This document shows positions 1 through 11,162 of a stretch of 64,000 nucleotides of DNA, one piece after another. The notes under the pieces were generated by a model that saw only the letters and a program-made list of their open reading frames with translations, ran no database searches and had not been told where the DNA came from. The stretch spans positions 207,514,001 through 207,578,000 of the forward strand of contig NC_042998.1 in the NCBI RefSeq assembly GCF_006345805.1, given 5' to 3'. A program made the position numbers and the translations under genes. The stretch comes from Octopus sinensis (taxonomy: Eukaryota). Numbering within the stretch: the first letter of the stretch is position 1; each line of letters begins with the position of its first letter.

Positions 1-590
1 TTCTCTTATAAATGTCCTGAAAATCCCACACAGCCTTGGCTTTGTTTCATTTTATTTAACATAAACCTGATCATACAAGACCCGCATTAAGCTCCTCACT
101 CGTATCATTATTGAACCGAGGATTTAGCAACCTTCCTTCCATAGCACTTCCATAGCCTTCTTACAGAGTCTTCTGGATACCGATACCTCTCATATATATT
201 TGTGTGTGTGTGTGTGTGTGTGCATGTGTGTGTGTGTGTGTTTGTCCCCCCACCATCACTTGACAACCGATGTTGGTGTGTTTACTTCCCCGTAACTTTG
301 CGATTCGGCCAAAAAAGACAGATATAATAAGTACCAGGCTTACAAAGAATAAGTCCTGAAGTCGATTTATTCTCCTAAATGCGGTGCTCTAGCATGGCCA
401 CAGTCAAATGACTGAAAAAGCTCATTCGGTGGCAAAATGGTTTGAGCGATGGATAAAATGCCTTCTGGTATACGTTCCGTGACGCATGCAGTATCTCACA
501 GATTGTATCTTACCCTTCGCCTGACATACATGCATGCATACATACATACATACATACATACATACATACATACATACATACATACATACA

Positions 591-2523
591 TGGTGGCTGC
601 CCCCTCGTTATCGAGTATGGCCATAGCACGAAGCTTAATCAATGTTGTTATCGTGCAATGCCTGTGCAAGAAGATTTTTTTAAAGTGAGGAAAGGCTGTG
701 CACTGAGTCAATCCCACTCACTAAGCAACAGCAGCCATAATCCGAAAAGAAGAACAAGTCAACATCATCGGTAACCACTGAGCCGTAGGTTTTATGTCGG
801 AGTTATCCCAGTTACCTGAGTTACCTTCTCCTAGAAGGATGCCCTAACAAAGGCTAGGAGTCCTTCACTCCCAATGGTTTAACCGCGCGATCGGGTATTC
901 AGTCCGATTATTTCTATGTCCCCGCGCATGATACAGCCTTAAGACATTTATTGGATGGCCGTTGACTCTCAAGAGTTCCTCCGCCCTTTGACGAGTTTTG
1001 TTTTTCATCCCGCAGGGTGTCCAATAAACACCCTCCTCACCAAGCAAGCTTGGTGGGGTTGCCGGTTTAGTCGCCGACGACCCGACCATGCAACAGGTTG
1101 TACTGGGTTACATGTTACCAGTAGCACTCGAAAGTGACCTGACATACATACACATACATACATACATACATACATACATACATACATACATACATACATT
1201 CATACATACATACATACATACATACATACATCATACATACATACATACATATACATACATACATACATACATACATACATACATGGTGGCTGCCCCCTCG
1301 TTATCGAGTATGGCCATAGCACGAAGCTTAATCAATGTTGTTATCGTGCAATGCCTGTGCAAGAAGATTTTTTTAAAGTGAGGAAAGGCTGTGCACTGAG
1401 TCAATCCCACTCACTAAGCAACAGCAGCCATAATCCGAAAAGATGAACAAGTCGACATTATCGGCAACCACTGAGCCGCAGGTTTTATGTCGGTGTTATC
1501 CCAGTTACCTGAGTCACCTTCTCCTAGAAGGATGCCCTAACAAAGGCTAGGAGTCCTTCACTCCCAATGGTTTAACCGCGCGATCGGGTATTCAGTTCGA
1601 TTATTTCTATGTCCCCGCGCATGATATAGCCTTAAGACATTTATTGGATGGCCGTTGACTCTCAAGAGTTCCTCCGCCCTTTGACGGGTTTTGTTTTTCA
1701 TCCCGCAGGGTGTCCAATAAACACCCTCCTCACCAAGCAAGCTTGGTGGGGTTGCCGGTTTAGTCGCCGACGACCCGACCATGCAACAGGTTGTACTGGG
1801 TTACATGTTACCAGTAGCACTCGAAAGTGACCTGACATACATACATACATACATACATACATACATACATACATACATACATACATACATACATACATAC
1901 ATACATACACACATACATACATACATACATACATACATACATACATACATACATACATACATACATACATACATGGTGGCTGCCCCCTCGTTATCGAGTA
2001 TGGCCATAGCACGAAGCTTAATCAATGTTGTTATCGTGCAATGCCTGTGCAAGAAGATTTTTTTTAAAGTGAGGAAAGGCCGTGCACTGAGTCAATCCCA
2101 CTCACTAAGCAACAGCAGCCATAATCCGAAAAGAACAAGTCAACATCATCGGTAACCACTGAGCCGTAGGTTTTATGTCGGAGTTATCCCAGTTACCTGA
2201 GTTACCTTCTCCTAGAAGGATGCCCTAACAAAGGCTAGGAGTCCTTCACTCCCAATGGTTTAACCGCGCGATCGGGTATTCCGTTCGATTATTTCTATGT
2301 CCCCGCGCATGATATAGCCTTAAGACATTTATTGGATGGCCGTTGACTCTCAAGAGTTCCTCCGCCCTTTGACGAGTTTTGTTTTTCATCCCGCAGGGTG
2401 TCCAATAAACACCCTCCTCACCAAGCAAGCTTGGTGGGGTTGCCGGTTTAGTCGCCGACGACCCGACCATGCAACAGGTTGTACTGGGTTACATGTTACC
2501 AGTAGCACTCGAAAGTGATCTGA
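591..2523 (-). mobile_element. three head-to-tail copies of a ~550-bp non-coding RTE-derived element separated by (TGTA)n tracts
   Basis: Near-identical units at 591-1143, 1284-1836 and 1974-2523 (period 693/690). The minus strand has CTTCTAGGAGAAGGTAAC (RTE 5' UTR-like) and ends CCATACTCGATAACGAGGGGGCAGCCACCA(TGTA)n (RTE 3' end-like). Clade call from recalled motifs. Confidence 0.65.
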
Positions 2524-2744
2524 CATAAACATACATACATACATACATACATACATACATACATACATACATACATACATACATACATTCATACATACAT
2601 ACATACATACATACATACATACATACATACATACATACATACATACATACGTACGATGAATGAGTAAAAACAAAACAAAAACACAAGGGGACAATTTTTA
2701 ACAACGGTTTAATTGGTATAAAGCTTCAGAGGAAAGAGAAAGGG

Positions 2745-2782
2745 TTTTTAACGTTTTAGACGCTAGTCCTTCATCAGAAAAA
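2745..2782 (-). ncRNA. decayed minimal type I hammerhead motif in Penelope-like terminal sequence
   Basis: Minus: UUUUU CUGAUGA A GGAC UAGC GUCU AAAA CGUU AAAAA; GAAA has become AAAA. Confidence 0.55.
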
Positions 2783-3117
2783 AGAAAAGGAGAAAAATTG
2801 GTGGGAAGCAGAAAAAGAAAGAAAAATGTTTAGGGGCAGGCTGGGAATGCAGTACTATGGGGGAGGAGTTAAGAAGAGAGGAGGAAGCAGGATGTTGTAT
2901 GCATGAGTATCCGTGTAGGGAGATGAGTACGAGGGGGGGGGCACGAACGGTGTGCGATACGGGTGGTTGCTCGGGGTGTGTGGAAGCGTGCAAGAGTGGG
3001 ATAAGAAATGTGAGGAGGAGGAAGAGGAATAGGTGTGAATGTGATATAGGATAGAGTGAGGCAGGGGGAAGAAGTAAAGATAGGAGAAAGAGTGAAGGAA
3101 ACAGAATAGCTGGTGAG

Positions 3118-3432
3118 ATGCGATAAGGAAGAAAGAAAAGTCGAGAGATATAATAGGTTAGCTTGGGAAGTTAAGCAGTTGTGGTCGATGAAAAAGGTGG
3201 TAGTAATACCAATAATTGTCGGAGCCCTGGGAACAGCGAGCAAAAATCTCGAGAAGTACGTGGAACAAATAGGGGCTGCAATAAGGGTGGAGCACTTGCA
3301 GAAAACAGCACTGCTTGGAACCGCTCGAATACTCCGGAAGGTGCTTGAAAAATAAGAGGTGTTACCTTAGTTCACTGGTAGTGAACAGCTGACACCGTAG
3401 TACATCTCCAGCGTTAGAAGCTGTGCAGAGGC
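3118..3432 (+). mobile_element. R4/Dong-like non-LTR retrotransposon 3' fragment (restriction-like endonuclease C-terminus + 3' UTR) ending in (ACT)n(AAT)n
   Basis: YNRLAWEVKQLW...VIPIIVGALG...LQKTALLGTARILRKVL* is the typical RLE-clade C-terminus; microsatellite at 3433-3535. Confidence 0.8.
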
Positions 3433-3536
3433 AATACTACTACTACTACTACTACTACTATACTACTACTACTACTACAAATAATAACAATAATAATAAT
3501 AATGATAATAATAATAATAATAATAATAATGATAAA

Positions 3537-4095
3537 TTCTTTTATTAGCCACAAGGGCTCACATATAATTACATTAAAAGGCATACAACATAAAAGACAA
3601 AAACAGAACGATACAATGGGGTTTTACAACGTGTAAACAATATAACAATTAAAATTGAACAATTTAAAACTCCTAATAGGTGAGGCGCTTTAAGGACGTC
3701 ATGGAAGCCCCACAAAAGCCACGGGTGCCTGAACAACAGGGCAAGAGCCCTTCTCCTTTGATTCCCTTTTTACAGGTGCACGCTCAGAATTGGTCCCTTC
3801 ACACTGGTCCTTTCCAACATTCGCCCACCTTTCAACAAACTTGCTAAGGCAACACTTCCCTCCTCACCCTCAACTTCCTTTTCAAGTGAAACTTGAAAAA
3901 GTTGATGAGGGCTTGGCCAAACAGGAAACTGCCTGTCTTTAGTCCTTTCAAACGGGTCCACCATACTACCTCTCTCGCTACAGCCACTAGACAAATAAAA
4001 AATTTCCTTTCCCTCCCGGCCAAAAGAGGGTGGCGGGGCAATCTTCACAATAGATTCAGCTGATATCCGGATCTGTCCTACACGCGACAGCAGGT
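3537..4095 (-). mobile_element. Tx1/L1-clade LINE 3' fragment (copy 2)
   Basis: Homologous to 11700-12343 (LLSRVGQIRISAESIVKIAPPP...GQALINFFKFHLKRK); frameshifted; tail AGCCCTTGTGGCTAATAAAAGAA. Confidence 0.8.
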
Positions 4096-5254
4096 GTTCA
4101 AAAGGTAAAAAGTCGAAAAGTTGTGGGAAAATGCAATAAAAAGGACTTGTCGATTTATAGGTTATTCGAGAAAGCCATAAAGATGAATCGCATGAAACTG
4201 TGGTGGCTTACTTGTGATCCTTAGCTGAATATCTTGCGATTGAAGTTCGAATCCCAATTTATCCGACAGCCCCCCTCCCCCATCAGGTTTTACCATATAC
4301 AACTATAGACACACTTGAATTGGTGTAAATCGGATTAAAATGTTTTGAAAAGTGTTAAGATAAACTGTGAAAACAAAATTCTCGGTACGCATTCCCTTCG
4401 TATTATAAAAGTAAACAACACAATCATCTCGACATACATAATGAAAATAAAATTAACAGTTAATATAATCGAGAGGGGGTCAAAGTCGACGTTTTACTTT
4501 GGTCAGTCACTTTTACAACATCGCATGAGCCATACAAGAGTTCTCAAAATTTATCCATTGCCCGGGGTCACTATTCATTTTTTTTTATTCTTCAATACTA
4601 CATATTTTTTTTCTTTTGAAAGTTTGTGCCTATGACAACCATTCATGTAGCCTCTCCGCACCATACTACTGTAGCGGATTCGAAACCGAACTGTAGGATA
4701 CGCGAGTTGACATCACGGCTATGCCACAGTAGTTTTACGTGATCGGCTGATTAAGCGACCAATCAGCCGATCTTTCTCATTGAGCCCTATACAAAGGTGA
4801 TTTTCGGTGGTGAGCCCAGAATGCTGAGACAGCCACTGGATGTCTCCATTCTCATTCACCACCAGCCAATGGCAGATAGAAGGCACTGATTTTGTCGCAA
4901 AGAATATAGCGAGTTTACTTTCCACTTGTGATGGGACAGCCACAGGTTGCTACATACCAGTTAAATCGTCGTAGCTTCCAGTAGTGTGTCTCTCCCAGCG
5001 TGTAATTGTCGCAGTTAGCTTTTGTTAAAGGAAAAACCCATAAATCACTTTGTGGAGTAATTAAATCTTCTGTTAATTGTCTACGAGTATTGTTAATTAC
5101 TTCCTCATTCGGCTCTAGGAATACGTTTTCATTCACCAACAGCAACAACGACAACAACACCTATGACACCACATTCTTCTTACTTACAAATAAATCACCA
5201 TTTCACACAAGTGATTGCTAAGATTATAATTAAATCTGGTTAATTACAGTTTTG

Positions 5255-6500
5255 TGGTATATTGGCAGAATCGTTACAGCGCTGGGCGACAATGCTTAGC
5301 GGTATTTCATCTGCCGTTACGTTCTGAGTTCAAATTCCGCCGAGGTCGACTTTGCCTTTCATCCTTTCGGGGTCGATAAACTAAGTACCAGTTACGTACT
5401 GGGGTCGATGTAATCGATTTAATCCCTTTGTCTGTTCTTGTTTGTCCCCTCTATGTTTAGCCCCTTGTGGGCAATAAAAAACTAAAGAAGGCGGCGAGCT
5501 GGCAGAATCGTTAGCACGTCGGGCGAAATGCTTAGCGACATTTCGTCTGCCGTTACGAAAGGCAAAGTCGACCTCGGCGGAATTTGAACTCAGAAGAGTT
5601 CAAATTCCGCCGAGGTCGACTTTGCCTTTCATCCTTTCGAGATCGATAAAATAAGTACCAGTTACGAACTGGGGTCGATCCAATCGACTTAATCCCTTTG
5701 TCTGTTCTTGTTTGTCCCCTGCGTTTAGACCCTTGTGGGTAGTAAAGAAATAGGTATTTCGTCTGTCTTTACGTCCTGAGTTCAAATTCCGACGAAGTCG
5801 ACTTTGCCTTTCATCCCCTTGGGGTCGATAAATTAAGCACCAGTTGCGTAATTGGGTCGATCTAATCGACTGGTCCCTCCCCCAAAATTTCAGACCTTGT
5901 GCCTAGAGTAGAAAAGAATATTCATAGGGATTCTAAAGCGTCGAGCTAGCAGAAACGTTAGCACACCGGGCGAAATGCTTAGCGGCATTTCGACTGTCTT
6001 TACGTTCTGAGTTCAAATTCCGCCGAGATCGACTCTGCCTTTCATCCTTTCGGGGTCGATAAATTAAGTACCAGTGAAACATTGGAGTCGATGTAATCGA
6101 CTTAATACGTTTGTCTGTCCTTGTTTGTCCTCTCTGTGTTTAGCCCCTTGTGGGTAGTAAAGAAATAGGTATTTCGTCAGCCGCTACGTTCTGAGTTCAA
6201 ATTCCTCTGAGGTCAACTTTGCCTTTCATCCTTTCGGGGTCGATAAATAAAGTACCAGTTACGCACTGGGGTCGATATAATCGACTTAATCCGTTTGTCT
6301 GTCCTAGTTTGTCTTCTCTATGTTTAGCCCCTTGTGGGTAGTAAAGAAATAGGTATTTCGTCTGCCGTTACGTTCTGAGTTCAAATTCCGCCGATGTCGA
6401 CTTTGCCTTTCATCCTTTCGGGGTCGATAAATTAAGTACCAGTTACGCACTGGGGTCAATGTAATCGACTGACCCCTCCCCAAACTTTCAGGCCTTATGC
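5255..6500 (+). mobile_element. cluster/concatemer of tRNA-derived SINE family B
   Basis: Repeated GAGCTGGCAGAATCGTTAGCAC head, GAGTTCAAATTCC B-box-like motif, GCCTTTCATCCTTTCGGGGTCGATAAA body and AGCCCCTTGTGGG tail. Also at ~31090-31325(-), 33275-34040, 37815-38390, 41280-41960, 45055-45272, 61070-61310, 61470-61820. Confidence 0.85.
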
Positions 6501-7299
6501 TTAATAGCATACCTTAAAATTTTCGTAGATAATTAGGGATTCCACAGGTGCAGCGTAAATAATATTTTATGGAGCAACGAGAGAGACAGTCTAATAAGAC
6601 TAATTAAACTGACTTCATTAACGGCGTAGGGTTTATTTTATATAAACAATAAAGTACCTTACTTTAGAATCATAAGGCTCTGGAATTCCCCCACCCCAAC
6701 CCCATCAAAAATTTTCCGAAAAAAAAAACCCAGCAAAAACCACAAAAACGTGGTGGCGGTGGTTGAAGCTGAATTCCAAATCTGATTTTTTGGGGGGGGT
6801 GGGGATGGGGTGGGGTGGGGGAGTAAAATCGTAATCTTTGTTGTCTTGAAAATGACAGGACACGAAGAAATTTTTGAAAATAGGGAAAACTGGCCAAAGA
6901 CAAATTGGTTTGAGAATATCCAGAGTCTCAGTTAATCACGCTTGGGAATTCAGCCGGAAAGTGTAATGTCAGTTGCTTCTGATTGGACCCCATGGAGGAT
7001 GGGGGCCTGAGGACTTTACACCTACGACCCTCCCAAAGCAGATGGAAGGAGGGGGAAGGAAAATATAAAGTAGATAATAAATGGGGGAGCGGGTTACCTA
7101 TTGGACACATCCGTTTGGACATTACCTCATACTGTCAACATTCCTACTTTCATTTTATGGTCATAAACCGAAAGAAACAGTGATGACGCTACAACGTGTG
7201 CCGCCGGGGGCAACCCCTGCGCTTTCCCCCACACCCCATTCCACCCCACCACGAGCCCTCAAGCTTGCACGGGCATATACAGCAAACACCAAAGCAACG

Positions 7300-7575
7300 C
7301 CCCTCACAAAATCGTTGCCCCTCCCCACAAAACTGTTGCTCCCTCACAAAACCGTTGCTCCTCCCCCACAAAACCGTTGCTCCTCCCCCACAAACCTATT
7401 GCTCCTCCCCCAACAAAACCGTTGCCCCTCCCCACAAAACCGTTGTTCACCCACAAAACCGTTGCCCCTCTCCACAAAACCATTGCCTCTCCCCCACAAA
7501 ACCGCTGCACCATCTCACAAAACTGCTGCCTTCCCCCACAAAACTGTTGCCCCTCCTCCTCAAAACCGTTGCCCC
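7300..7575. repeat. ~20-bp minisatellite (CAAAACCGTTGCCCCTCCCCA-like)
   Basis: About 13 degenerate units; explains the Pro/Thr/Lys ORFs in the track. Confidence 0.85.
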
Positions 7576-8570
7576 CTACTGGAAAAGATGCCATTTATTA
7601 ATTACACTTTATCTTTATCACTATCTGTTCTCGTTTGCTTGTTTCAGTCACTGGACTGCGGCCATGCTGGGGCACCGCCTTGAAGAATTTTTAATCGAAT
7701 GAATCAACCCCAGTACTTTTATCTTTTAAAGCCTGGAACTTATTCTATCGGGTTTTTTTGCCGAACCGCTAGCTTACGGGATGCAAATACACCAACACCG
7801 GTTGTCATGTGGCAGTAGGACACACACACACACAGAATCATATACGATGGGCTTCTTTCAGTTTCCGTCTTCTAAATTCACTCACATGACTTCTGTCGGT
7901 TTGAGGCTACAGTAAAAGAAACTTGCCCAAGGTGCCACGCAGCGGGTTTGAGCCTCGGGGTCTCAGGTTCAGTCCCAATGCGCAGCACCTTGGGGCACGT
8001 GCCTTTCACTGTAGCCCCGGACCAACCATAGCCTTGAGAAAGAATTTGTTTGATGGAAACTGTGAGGAAGCCTGCCGTATATATAAATGAATGTTTGTGT
8101 GATTTTGTGTCTGTGTTTGTTGCCCGTTACTGATTGACAACCGGCGTTGGTGTGTTTACATCCCCGTAACCTAGAGGTTCGGCAAAAATAATCGATAGAA
8201 TAAATACCAGGGGTTTTTTTTAATAAAAAAGATTACTAGGTTTGATTCGTCCGACTAAAATTCTTCAAGTTTGTGCCCCAGCATGGCCGCAATCCAATGC
8301 CTGAAACAACTGAAAGGTAGAAAGCAAATATGCTGTTATGAAAAGCATGAAGGCCTCAACTTCTCACCTTTTAAAATCGAAACCTCTTAAAGCTTTCTTC
8401 TAATATAACAAGCAGTTATATTATCTTTCCTTTTTCATGTTTCAGTCATCTGAGTGCGGCCATGCTGGGGCATCGCTTTGAAGAATTTTAGTTGTACAAT
8501 TTTTTTAAAGCTTAGTATTTATTTTATCCGCCTATTTTGCCGAACCGCAAAGTTACGAGTATGTTAACAG

Positions 8571-8731
8571 GCGCAGGAGTGGCTGTGTGGTAAGTAACTT
8601 CCTTACCAACCACATGGTTCCGGGTTCAGTCCCACTGCGTGGCACCTTGGGCAAGTGTCTTCTACTATAGCCTCGGGCCGACCAAAGCCTTGGAAGTGGA
8701 TTTTGTAGACGGAAACTGAAAGAAGCTCATC

Positions 8732-8821
<90 letters not shown>

Positions 8822-8828
8822 CATACAC

Positions 8829-8890
<62 letters not shown>

Positions 8891-8971
8891 TATATGTATA
8901 TATGTATATATATATACATACATATATATATATGTATATATACATATGTATATATATATAGAGAGAGAGAG

Positions 8972-9012
<41 letters not shown>

Positions 9013-9255
9013 CATACATACATACATACATACATATATGTGTGTGTGTTTGTGTCTGTGTTTGTCCCCACCACCACCACCATCGCTTGACAACCGATGC
9101 TGGTGTGTTTACGTCCCCGTTACTTAGCGGTTCAGCAAAAGTGGCAAATGGAATAATTACTAGGCTTACAAAGAATACGTCCTGGGGGTCGATTTGTTCG
9201 ACTAAAGGCGGTGCTCCAGCATGGCCGCAGTCAAATGACTGAAACAAGTAAAAGA
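8571..9255 (+). mobile_element. tRNA-derived SINE family A with internal microsatellite (representative copy)
   Basis: Head GGAGTGGCTGTGTGGTAAG...GGTTCCGGGTTCAGTCCC, body GGCACCTTGGGCAAGTGTC, then (TA)n/(GATA)n, tail ...CCAGCATGGCCGCAGTCAAATGACTGAAACAAGTAAAAG. More than 15 other full or partial copies, e.g. 7610-8320, 19905-20580, 23945-24340, 31735-32065, 38540-38975, 48885-49320, 51860-52295. Confidence 0.9.
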
Positions 9256-9305
9256 ATACCAACCCCGGTTATCAAGCAGTAAAGTGGGGGCGGGCACAAA
9301 CACAA

Positions 9306-9336
<31 letters not shown>

Positions 9337-9732
9337 CGTATGCATACATAAATACAACAGGCTTCTTTCAGTTTCCGTCTACCAAATCCACTCACAAGGC
9401 TTTGATCGACTCGAAGCTATAGCAGAAGACACTTGCTCAAGGTGCCACGCAGTGGGACTGAACCCGGAACCACGTGGTTGGGAAGCAAGCTTCTCACCAA
9501 ACAGTCACACCAGCGATAATAAATTGACTTGTTTTTATTTCTTTATCGATTCTGGATCCTAAAGAATTGGTTTGAGAGAGGCATGAATGTCTCAGCTTCA
9601 TGAAATCACATCTGAAAAAAAAAATCGGACGGCTGGGAGCCGCCATGTGGTCTATCGACCTGCTAGAAATAGCTGCGAAATATTTCTCAAATCATACCTT
9701 ACTGTCTTTTCAAGAACGTGGGTAGTTGGTAA

Positions 9733-9960
9733 TATTTTGGGTTGGTGCATAATTGTTGCTGCTTTTTCTCAACAAATTTTATTCAGCAAAAACAATAACA
9801 ACATGTAGTAAAAACATCTTTAAATGATTATTCCGGAGCATATTCACCATCTACCTCAATTACTGCTTCCCGTTTCCTTCGCAGACGGTCAGACCCTCAT
9901 TTAAAGGTGTTTTTGTTAAATATTGTTATCGTTTTTGTCTTTGATGAATAAAATTTGTTG
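9733..9960 (-). mobile_element. mariner-derived MITE, right end missing; complete copy at 40906-41143 (+)
   Basis: Terminus TATT(T)GGGTTGGTGCA resembles mariner TIRs; the internal remnant in the 40.9-kb copy reads DRLPSKWEAVIEEDGEYSPE* (mariner C-terminus). Confidence 0.75.
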
Positions 9961-10281
9961 TACTATTTAAGAAAAGTGGTCCCGGTGCGCGCACTCGCGT
10001 AGTCGCGCAGCCGCGCTGGCTAGTCGTGACTAGTCGATCCTACAACGACTACCTAGCAAAGTAAATGAAACACAAAATAAATAATTTTTTTTACACAAAG
10101 TAAATAAAAACAAAAACAATGTAAATTTTTTAAGCAAAGTAAATAAAAACCAAAAACACAAGTAAATAATTAAAAAAAAAAATAAATAAAACACAAAAAC
10201 ACAAAGTAAGGATCGACTAATCATGACTAGCTAGCGCGGATGCGCGAGTGCGCGCACCGGGACAACTCTTCTTAAATAGTA
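9961..10281. mobile_element. MITE-like element with ~80-bp CpG-rich terminal inverted repeats and A-rich core
   Basis: TACTATTTAAGAAAAGTGGTCCCGGTGCGCGCACTCGCG... versus ...CGCGAGTGCGCGCACCGGGACAACTCTTCTTAAATAGTA. Confidence 0.8.
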
Positions 10282-10464
10282 CCCCCAACAGTTTGATATA
10301 AAGACTTTGGAACAAAGAAAACAAAACAAAAGAGGGTGGGCACGGCTGGAATGCCTTCGGTGATAGGTTTTCACGACCAGGACACCTGGTGCTAAACTAC
10401 TGCTTCGCAATCTGGGTCAATTGACATCTGTTGACAAAGGTCAAGGCTGACGGTTCAACCTGCC

Positions 10465-10502
10465 GTTGCTAAGCACGTGACTCAATAGTTTATTATGGCA
10501 AC
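10465..10502 (+). promoter_or_regulatory. candidate proximal promoter motifs: two X-box(RFX)-like sites plus CACGTG and TGACTCA
   Basis: GTTGCTAAGCAC (10465-76), CACGTG (10474-79), TGACTCA (10478-84), GTTTATTATGGCAAC (10488-502), 60-95 nt before the ATG. Imperfect matches. Confidence 0.35.
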
Positions 10503-10560
10503 GGTCGTGTGAGAAGGCAAAACACAGCGGACAGGCTGCCGTCTCCCCTCGGCGTCATCG

Positions 10561-10589
10561 ATGGACGGTGAAATGATAGATTCGGACAG
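10561..10589 (+). CDS. VWA3A: VWA3A-like exon 1 (MDGEMIDSD-R), phase 2
   Basis: ATG at 10561 with upstream in-frame TGA at 10510; strong donor AG|GTGAGT; phase fits exon 2; CpG-rich context. No homology support for this short peptide. Confidence 0.7.
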
Positions 10590-10883
10590 GTGAGTGATTA
10601 CTTCGTATTTATATTTCGCACCTGAACAATGATGATGGATGATGGGGAGATTTTGGGTTGTTGGGTGGGGGGAAGGGGGAAGGGGGAGACATCGGGGTGG
10701 GTTGCGGGATTTGTAGCGGGTTGGGTGCGTGGGTGGGGCACAAACGGCGAGATCCCGATTGAGATGTTGATATGGAGAGAGAAAATGTGGTTGCGTTGAT
10801 GAGAGGGAGAGGGAGGGGGACTAGGGGCGGAGGGGGAATAATGGGAGAGAGACGTTGTGTAAAGGGAGGGGAGACACGATAGA

Positions 10884-10920
<37 letters not shown>

Positions 10921-11162
10921 GACGTTATAGAGATAGAAGAGAAACTCCTGGGAGTGAGCACTTCCTTAACTATAACACTAGGTATACGTGTTCTACTCAC
11001 ACACACACACTTACACACACACACAGGCATATATAGTATGTAATATATATACATACATGTCTCTCTCTCTCTCTATATATATATATAAGGTAAACTTATA
11101 TTTATTACTTGGGAATATATATATATATCGATATCTATATCTATCTATCTATATATCTATCT

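Noticed and set aside
990-1143. HDV-like or twister ribozyme at the 5' end of the RTE-derived unit
   Set aside because: Hairpins are present, but I could not thread the nested double pseudoknot or the twister consensus by eye; needs a covariance-model search.
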